NCBI RefSeq assembly: GCF_001194135.2
Contig: NC_068981.1
Coordinates: 29,367,006 to 29,414,095 of the forward strand
Source of the DNA: Octopus bimaculoides
Taxonomy: Eukaryota
Reading direction: 5' to 3'
Length of the DNA: 47,090 nucleotides
This document shows positions 38,618-47,090 of the stretch, piece after piece. Under the pieces are notes generated by a model. That model ran no database searches. It was not told the DNA's origin and saw only the letters and a program-made list of their open reading frames with translations. Positions within the stretch are counted from its first letter, which is position 1, and each line of letters begins with the position of its first letter. A program made the position numbers and the translations under genes.

Positions 38618-38870
38618 ATATATATACACATATAAATATATATAAATAAATATATGTATACAGATAAAAGAAATAAATAAACGTATTATGCGCATCTGCA
38701 TCGTATACACATAAACACACTCACAGTATATATATATACTTACATATATTTATTCATATATATACATACATACATCTATTCATACATACATACATACATA
38801 CATACAAACATACATACATACATACATACATACATACATGCATACATGCATACATACATACATACATACA

Positions 38871-38902
<32 letters not shown>

Positions 38903-39888
38903 CACACATATAATTATTGTCTTGACAATATTTGAAAAGGTTCGACGTATTTACAGCAATCTAATGGTAGCCATATTTTATCAGAATTTGTTCAGAAAAA
39001 TCGTCCTGTTTGCTATATTTACTGTGATTCAATTTAGATAGAAAAGCTTGACTTCGAAATCGTTCAATATGGAATAATGCCAGTGGGGAAGGTTTTAATC
39101 GAAAACAATTCTATATTTATCTTCTTCAGNNNNNNNNNNNNNNNNNNNNNNNNNNNNNNNNNNNNNNNNNNNNNNNNNNNNNNNNNNNNNNNNNNNNNNN
39201 NNNNNNNNNNNNNNNNNNNNNNNNNNNNNNNNNNNNNNNNNNNNNNNNNNNNNNNNNNNNNNNNNNNNNNNNNNNNNNNNNNNNNNNNNNNNNNNNNNNN
39301 NNNNNNNNNNNNNNNNNNNNNNNNNNNNNNNNNNNNNNNNNNNNNNNNNNNNNNNNNNNNNNNNNNNNNNNNNNNNNNNNNNNNNNNNNNNNNNNNNNNN
39401 NNNNNNNNNNNNNNNNNNNNNNNNNNNNNNNNNNNNNNNNNNNNNNNNNNNNNNNNNNNNNNNNNNNNNNNNNNNNNNNNNNNNNNNNNNNNNNNNNNNN
39501 NNNNNNNNNNNNNNNNNNNNNNNNNNNNNNNNNNNNNNNNNNNNNNNNNNNNNNNNNNNNNNNNNNNNNNNNNNNNNNNNNNNNNNNNNNNNNNNNNNNN
39601 NNNNNNNNNNNNNNNNNNNNNNNNNNNNNNNNNNNNNNNNNNNNNNNNNNNNNNNNNNNNNNNNNNNNNNNNNNNNNNNNNNNNNNNNNNNNNNNNNNNN
39701 NNNNNNNNNNNNNNNNNNNNNNNNNNNNNNNNNNNNNNNNNNNNNNNNNNNNNNNNNNNNNNNNNNNNNNNNNNNNNNNNNNNNNNNNNNNNNNNNNNNN
39801 NNNNNNNNNNNNNNNNNNNNNNNNNNNNNNNNNNNNNNNNNNNNNNNNNNNNNNNNNNNNNNNNNNNNNNNNNNNNNNNNNNNNNNNN

Positions 39889-40168
39889 TTTGAGAGACAT
39901 GCAAGGCATGGATGCGGAGGTCTTCAAGACAAAACTTGACACTTTCCTCTCCACGATACCAGACGAACCAATAGCTCGTAATGAGACGCAGTTCAGGGCA
40001 GCTGTGTCAAATTCTCTTATACACCAGATGTGCCATCAAAACTCTTGATTGGACCATGTCAGGTGGGGGAGAAGAGCCATGCAAGGAACGTGAAAATCAC
40101 GGTGGTGCACCAGCATGACCGCAGCCACTTGGCTGAAACACATAAATAAATAAATAAATAAATAAATA
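39889..40168 (+). mobile_element. CR1/L2-group LINE 3' end (ORF2 C-terminus, 3' UTR, (TAAA)n tail)
   Basis: LRDMQGMDAEVFKTKLDTFLSTIPDEP…RAAVSNSLIHQ* matches the FK..LD.FL..IPD.P C-terminal signature of CR1-group ORF2. The 5' part is lost in the gap. Confidence 0.85.
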
Positions 40169-40187
40169 TATATATATATATATACAT

Positions 40188-40224
<37 letters not shown>

Positions 40225-40452
40225 TAGAGAGAAAAGGGAAGAGAGACAGAGAAAAACAGTAAACAGATGGATATATGAGTAAGAATTGATTTGTACATCT
40301 AAATATAACCACATTCTCTATTACAACGCTAAACGTATCAGCCTTCCACTCTCCTTTCGTTCTCGTCTCTCACTGACATTCACTCACTCACTCGCTCACT
40401 CACTCACTCACTCTCTCTTTCCCTCCTATTTCTCTCTCTCTCTCCCCCTCTC

Positions 40453-40560
<108 letters not shown>

Positions 40561-41429
40561 TGTACGTATATTTGTATGAACGTGTGTGTGTATACGTATA
40601 TAGACATATACATACATACATGTAGGTATATATATNNNNNNNNNNNNNNNNNNNNNNNNNNNNNNNNNNNNNNNNNNNNNNNNNNNNNNNNNNNNNNNNN
40701 NNNNNNNNNNNNNNNNNNNNNNNNNNNNNNNNNNNNNNNNNNNNNNNNNNNNNNNNNNNNNNNNNNNNNNNNNNNNNNNNNNNNNNNNNNNNNNNNNNNN
40801 NNNNNNNNNNNNNNNNNNNNNNNNNNNNNNNNNNNNNNNNNNNNNNNNNNNNNNNNNNNNNNNNNNNNNNNNNNNNNNNNNNNNNNNNNNNNNNNNNNNN
40901 NNNNNNNNNNNNNNNNNNNNNNNNNNNNNNNNNNNNNNNNNNNNNNNNNNNNNNNNNNNNNNNNNNNNNNNNNNNNNNNNNNNNNNNNNNNNNNNNNNNN
41001 NNNNNNNNNNNNNNNNNNNNNNNNNNNNNNNNNNNNNNNNNNNNNNNNNNNNNNNNNNNNNNNNNNNNNNNNNNNNNNNNNNNNNNNNNNNNNNNNNNNN
41101 NNNNNNNNNNNNNNNNNNNNNNNNNNNNNNNNNNNNNNNNNNNNNNNNNNNNNNNNNNNNNNNNNNNNNNNNNATATATATATTATATATATTTATATAA
41201 TGACAACACTCCACCCACGCATAGATTTGTGCTTTATTTCTTTATTTCTTTATTTCTGAAATTCCGAAATTGAACTCAAGTGCACATCCATATTTATGAT
41301 GCTTCTTCTTTTTAACTATCAAAATAAATAATTACTTGTTTACAATCTCGTATGCCAACAATACCTTTATTGTCCAAGTTGGGTCAATATTGTTTTCGTA
41401 CTTCAAGATTTAATTAATATTGAAATTAC

Positions 41430-41870
41430 ATACGAAAAGTGTTTATTGATCAGAATATATCCTATCATATTCTATTGTCTTTTGTCATCGTTCTGTTATA
41501 AGCTCGATTCTACGCTTATAACATTTGGCTGATTTGGAGTCAAAAGCATCCTGCAACCGTTTACAACCTCATCAAACTTGTTGATCCTCCTTCGTAAAGG
41601 CATTGAATCATACCTCGGAAAAAATGGTAATATGATGCGCAATATCTGGACTGCAGGCAGGATGAGGCAGCACTTCCAGCCTCACAAAGTCCTCACGTTT
41701 ATTCTTGGTCACATTAGCAGTGTGCACTGGGGCATAGTTATACTATAGAAGTGCTCATCTTCGACTAACCAATCTCTGGTAGCGTGATTTCAAAGCATTG
41801 TACATAGCTACAGTTGCTGAGCAGACACACTAGCTTTCGCAGTATGCCGTTATTTGTTCAAAATCCGGAT
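41430..41870 (-). mobile_element. Degenerate mariner transposase, catalytic and C-terminal half
   Basis: Minus strand reads YNALKSRYQRLVSRR*ALL*YNYAPVHTANVTKNK…LEVLPHPACSPDIA (HDNARPH and HPPYSPDLA equivalents), then KRRIELITER*QKTIEYDRIYSDQ*. Confidence 0.85.
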
Positions 41871-42759
41871 CCTATTTTGGAAGTCGCAGAAGTTATTTTA
41901 CTAGGAAATTTTACTAAAAACTCTACCTTCCCATCTGCCTTCTAGGCACTTACATTTCTATTAACTCCTTAAGATATCCAGATTCAATATACTCATTATC
42001 AATTCTTGAAATTATTTGCATGAATCTCTTGAAATCCCAATTTCAGCAGCATTGTACTAGAGTATGGTAACAGTATATTTCTTCATTCTATGATAGTCTC
42101 TATTGAATAATTTTTTTTCCAGACTGCAATGATACTTCCAAAATATCTTTGATATTTTTATTGCTTGCATAACGTTGTAATTAATTGTTTGACATACTGA
42201 TATATATCATTAGTTACTGTAATTAACCTACTTGAAGTTCTTCTAAGATAAAATGCTTGAAAACGGAAATAACTGCCCGATCAATAAGATGTATGAATAT
42301 TATGTATGATAGCATGAAAATTGCTATAGCTATTACGTATGATCATAGTGAATTAAAATTTGAAAGATGACCACAATCTTTGGCCGAAACCAGGACCTTA
42401 ATCACAAAATTATTCTTTTCATAGCAACGTTTGACAGCAGGGTCGAAATGCGATCAATAGACTATTCGGTAACCATATCCTGTTGAATTCAACATCCTCT
42501 ATAAAATTTCTATATAACATGTAGGCAATATTTAGAAACTCGTTTAATTGTTCTTGGAGAAAAAGAACGAATAACAAGCAATACCTTGAATTTAAGTTTC
42601 TAGTGTCTTTTTGCTGTCTTATGCAATGGAATACTTTTCTCGTGTAATTTGAGATATAAGTTTTAGAAGATAACATTTTTAAAATAATATGTATTTATCT
42701 ACCTTAAAAGCTAAATTTCATGAATAATTACCTGTTGCTTTATAAGCTACAATGTTGAT

Positions 42760-42870
42760 GTAATTTCTAATGCTGGAAGTTTGTCAGAGCTTGCTGATGG
42801 ATTCGTTTCCCAATGCTTTAAAGATTAGATAGTTCCTTGAACTTTGCAAACCATCCACAGTAAGTTAGGA
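42760..42870 (-). mobile_element. Possible mariner N-terminal (HTH) remnant
   Basis: Short peptides TYCGWFAKFKE and ETNPSASSDKL resemble WF.KFK and ENP..S..EL. It may belong with 41430-41870. Confidence 0.4.
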
Positions 42871-43538
42871 ATCACTGAATGAATTGCTCAGGAATTTTTC
42901 TCTTTTTAACAGATTATATTTGAGAAATTTTACTGGATAGAGTGGCCATATGACAAACTTTACGATATTTTTTTCATGTTTTAGTATGTAAACTTCAAAG
43001 TGTTGCACTAATTTTCATTCACAACAATTTCTGAAGATTAAAAGCTTACGAAATTATTACACAACCAGAACAATGTAACTAAAACAAATTCACAATACAA
43101 ACGCAAGCCAGGTGAAGATACTTCAGAGCTTTCGTTTCTGCGTGGTAAAAGATCCGCAAGATGATTTAAATTTAAGCAAGAAATTCAGAGGAAGGATTTA
43201 TATTGTATTCTTTATGATTTAAAATTGTTGCAATATTAAGTGTCGTTATAATAGGGATTCGTGTAAAAGGAAATGCAAACTCCATTTTTGGAGATGGTGC
43301 CGGAAATCTTAATGGATCTGAAGAAAAGGTTAGCTGATAAAAAGTGTTGCTCCCGTATTCAAAAACGTATAAATTCATTCGAAATAGTAATTTCTTGAAA
43401 TTGTTCCTCTTTCTCATTCAGGCTATCTAATAATCGCAGCTAGGTCTTCGTTTAATTTCCTTTACCTATCAGTAAAGGGAAACTTTATGAAGGTGAGAAT
43501 TTATCATGTACAAAATACTGTATAATACAGTACATCTC

Positions 43539-43586
<48 letters not shown>

Positions 43587-43906
43587 ATAGATAGATAGAT
43601 ACATACATACATACATACATTCATACATACATGCATACATACATATACATACATACAGATATACATACATAAGTGAGTGTCTTTATATATATGTATTTTT
43701 GCATTGTATTTATGTATGAATACGTATCATATTATATATATGTATATAATATATAATATATATGTATATATACTATAATATTATATCATTAATATAATAT
43801 ATTATATTATATATATTATACTATATATTATATTATATATATTTTATATGTGTGTATGTGAGTGTATACAAACATATATACGTAGACGGATAGATAGATA
43901 AATAGG

Positions 43907-43958
<52 letters not shown>

Positions 43959-43967
43959 CATATACAT

Positions 43968-44260
43968 AACTTTCTTTATTGGCCACACAGGGCTGAACAC
44001 AGAGGGGACAAATACAAATGTAGTGCTTTTCTTTTCGAAAATGAAAAAAAAGGGCAAAAATAAGAAAAAAATTCCGATCAAAAGGGATCAGGGGTAAAAA
44101 AAAAACGATGAAAAGAGATCATGTATCACAGAAGAATTTTTAAAATGTGAGAAGTAAGATTAGGTTTGTCCATGGAAAGAAAAGCCTACGGAAAAGACCA
44201 CGGTACCCTCAGGAAGGGATTAATATAAACCTGAGAGCAAAGTGCTCTCTCTCTCACTTT
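43968..44260 (-). mobile_element. Probable Tx1-like LINE 3' UTR next to (GATA)n
   Basis: The reverse complement ends ttgtcccctctgtgttcagccctgtgtggccaataaagaaa, similar to 36194-36221 and 30290-30332. Confidence 0.5.
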
Positions 44261-44559
44261 CCTCGATTTACAAGATCATGCTCAAAATTGTTTCGTCGCT
44301 CGCACGCACCATTTTGCTACATTCACCCACCTTTTTTTGAAACTTTCACGTGAAAATACCTACCTCTCCATTCTCACCTTCCTTTTGAAGCGGTACTTGG
44401 CGCCTCTCCCCTTCACTGTTCCCCCCTCTCTCTCTCTCTCTCTCTTTCTCACTCTTCCTCATTGACTCTCTCGTTGCGCGCACGTAGCCAACAGCCATTC
44501 TTTCTTTCTTCCACTTCCTTCTTAAGGACAATACTTTCTTTTACCTGTCTCTTCTCAAA

Positions 44560-44935
44560 GCTCGTTTTTCCAGCGTTCACCACTTCACATCGGCTTGGCT
44601 TAACAGCCCTCACCGTTTGTTTTTACTGTTTTGTTCTTACTCTCCTGTTTTTGTGACCACTTTCACCCTTCGCAAAAAATCCCAAATTTTATTTAATTTG
44701 CTTTGCGAGAAGGACTATTTTAACGAAGTCGCGTTTTGTCCTTACCTTCGAAACGTGGAGTAGATAGAACAGAGGACAGCAGATGAAGGGAATGTTCTTT
44801 ATGTTGCATGTCTCGTTTCTCTGTTTGTTTGTCTTTTTCCTTGTTCGAAAAAAGTTCGCTTTCTATGTATTTGTTTTTTATGTTCTCGTTTCTCATTCTG
44901 TCTACGTTTCTTTGATGACGTGTACCCATTTATGC
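44560..44935 (+). mobile_element. Repeat with degenerate hammerhead-like motif (Penelope-like relic)
   Basis: ctattt-taac-GAAG…CTTC-GAAACGTG-gagtag at 44715-44763. Homologous to 23760-23870, and ends in AT microsatellite. The 5' boundary is approximate. Confidence 0.45.
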
Positions 44936-45047
44936 TTGTATATCTACATATATATGTAGGTTTGTACATATATGTATGTATATATGCATATATTTATATA
45001 TTATTTATATAAATATATGATCGAACGCCACGCATCCTTTTCCAGAA

Positions 45048-45083
<36 letters not shown>

Positions 45084-46718
45084 NNNNNNNNNNNNNNNNN
45101 NNNNNNNNNNNNNNNNNNNNNNNNNNNNNNNNNNNNNNNNNNNNNNNNNNNNNNNNNNNNNNNNNNNNNNNNNNNNNNNNNNNNNNNNNNNNNNNNNNNN
45201 NNNNNNNNNNNNNNNNNNNNNNNNNNNNNNNNNNNNNNNNNNNNNNNNNNNNNNNNNNNNNNNNNNNNNNNNNNNNNNNNNNNNNNNNNNNNNNNNNNNN
45301 NNNNNNNNNNNNNNNNNNNNNNNNNNNNNNNNNNNNNNNNNNNNNNNNNNNNNNNNNNNNNNNNNNNNNNNNNNNNNNNNNNNNNNNNNNNNNNNNNNNN
45401 NNNNNNNNNNNNNNNNNNNNNNNNNNNNNNNNNNNNNNNNNNNNNNNNNNNNNNNNNNNNNNNNNNNNNNNNNNNNNNNNNNNNNNNNNNNNNNNNNNNN
45501 NNNNNNNNNNNNNNNNNNNNNNNNNNNNNNNNNNNNNNNNNNNNNNNNNNNNNNNNNNNNNNNNNNNNNNNNNNNNNNNNNNNNNNNNNNNNNNNNNNNN
45601 NNNNNNNNNNNNNNNNNNNNNNNNNNNNNNNNNNNNNNNNNNNNNNNNNNNNNNNNNNNNNNNNNNNNNNNNNNNNNNNNNNNNNNNNNNNNNNNNNNNN
45701 NNNNNNNNNNNNNNNNNNNNNNNNNNNNNNNNNNNNNNNNNNNNNNNNNNNNNNNNNNNNNNNNNNNNNNNNNNNNNNNNNNNNNNNNNNNNNNNNNNNN
45801 NNNNNNNNNNNNNNNNNNNNNNNNNNNNNNNNNNNNNNNNNNNNNNNNNNNNNNNNNNNNNNNNNNNNNNNNNNNNNNNNNNNNNNNNNNNNNNNNNNNN
45901 NNNNNNNNNNNNNNNNNNNNNNNNNNNNNNNNNNNNNNNNNNNNNNNNNNNNNNNNNNNNNNNNNNNNNNNNNNNNNNNNNNNNNNNNNNNNNNNNNNNN
46001 NNNNNNNNNNNNNNNNNNNNNNNNNNNNNNNNNNNNNNNNNNNNNNNNNNNNNNNNNNNNNNNNNNNNTATATATATATATATATATATATGCACACATA
46101 TACATAAACAAACAGAATGAAAGAATGAGTGAACGAGTGTGTGCATCTGAGATAGTGTAACAATAATATAACACTTCCAGTGAAATACGTAAATGATGAA
46201 AAGTCGAAAATATTTACACGTCAAGTCGAGTTTTTTCGATGCATACTACGTATGTTGCTTGCCTGAAGATCCGTTTCGATTTTTCTATCAATCTGCTTCC
46301 TTCAACGTCATTTCAATAGTTTTTTCTTATACTCACATTGACCTTTTATAGACTTTCTAATGAAGCCAAATTAAGCATCGGTTAGAGTACAAATATTAAT
46401 TAACCAAATTATAATCTCCTCTTGTTTCAGCAAAGATTGCAACTACCGATATTAGAAGATAGTTTCGTTTAAATCTAGCTGATGTCTACGTAATTCATAT
46501 CAAAGGTTTATTAACGAGTGTCCACTGATCAACAAACGAAAGTGTAAGATTTCTCAATGACATTAAGTGATATACAGAGATTCTCAATGATTCAGAGAAT
46601 CAAATAAGTTTCAATGACGTTAGCCATTTTCATCAAACCTGGTATTTTGTTTGCGGCTGTGTGTATATGCGCGTGAGTGTGCGCGTATCTATATATACAT
46701 GTAGATGTATATATATAT

Positions 46719-47090
46719 ATGTTAATTCTCTAAATGAAGTATTAACAGTAACTGCACGATAAAGTGTAGTATATTGCCACTTAAGTGTGGCTGACCCCTA
46801 GGAGTGGATGTTACTGTTGCTTTTAGCCCCAGGAGGACATCTCCTCCAGCTGGCTTATCGACACACGACTGTGTCCTGTTTGCCAAGGGTAGTTATCCCT
46901 CTCACCAACATCTGCAGCACGAACGGATCCGGATTTCAGGGTTATTTCCCTTCGTCGGCGTCCGATAGCCGCTGACCTTGGTGAGAGAGACAAAAACCTG
47001 GCAATCTTATATCTTCTTTTCAAGTGAAATTCTTCACTGATATCGAAAAGGTGAAAACAAGCAATGTTAATTCTCTAAATGAAGTATTAA
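46719..47090 (-). mobile_element. Hammerhead-bearing retroelement terminus (Penelope-like pseudo-LTR or retrozyme), 345 bp repeat period, truncated by the window edge
   Basis: ATGTTAATTCTCTAAATGAAGTATTAA occurs at 46719-46745 and 47064-47090. The unit is GC-richer and hairpin-rich, contains the hammerhead, and abuts (TA)n. Confidence 0.75.
46920..46964 (-). ncRNA. Type I minimal hammerhead ribozyme (predicted cleavage AUC^ between 46926 and 46925)
   Basis: CGGACG-CCGACGA-AGGG-aaataa-CCCT-GAAA-TCCGGA-TC^-CGTTCG: 6 bp helix I (one G-U), 4 bp helix II, GAAA, and palindromic helix III ATCCGGAT. Deviations from consensus are U4C and A10.1-U11.1. Confidence 0.8.

Noticed and set aside
42360-42400. 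TTGAAAGATGACCA…TGGCCGAAACCAGG hammerhead-like string
   Set aside because: Extra core base, mismatch in helix II, no UH triplet and no helix I.
43030-43060. CTGAAGAT-TAA-aagc-TTA-CGAAAT motif
   Set aside because: A core and weak helix II are present, but helices I and III cannot form.
46255-46310. CTGAAGATCCGTTTCG / minus-strand CGAAACGGATC
   Set aside because: The two half-cores are on opposite strands, and the minus strand lacks a CUGANGA upstream of helix II.

Overview
AT-rich, repeat-dominated animal genomic DNA from a gapped assembly (13 N-runs, about 6.6 kb in total, most abutting (TA)n). The tRNA-derived SINE families and microsatellite load are characteristic of Octopus; this is inferred from family recognition, not from a database hit. 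No protein-coding host gene can be supported. Nearly all ORFs in the track are microsatellite or gap artefacts, and the only recognisable protein remnants belong to transposons. The window holds four tRNA-headed SINE types (two with clear target-site duplications), several mariner/Tc1 relics and MITEs, 3' ends of Tx1-like, CR1-like and probably RTE LINEs, and a ~700 bp foldback with ~200 bp arms. The standout is a complete minimal type I hammerhead ribozyme fold on the minus strand at 46920-46964, with a palindromic helix III. It lies in a structured unit with a 345 bp repeat period that abuts a (TA)n tract, as in Penelope-like pseudo-LTRs or retrozymes. Several degenerate hammerhead-like motifs with a similar architecture lie at 16.2, 23.9, 31.8, 38.5 and 44.7 kb. 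All coordinates and alignments were done by eye.
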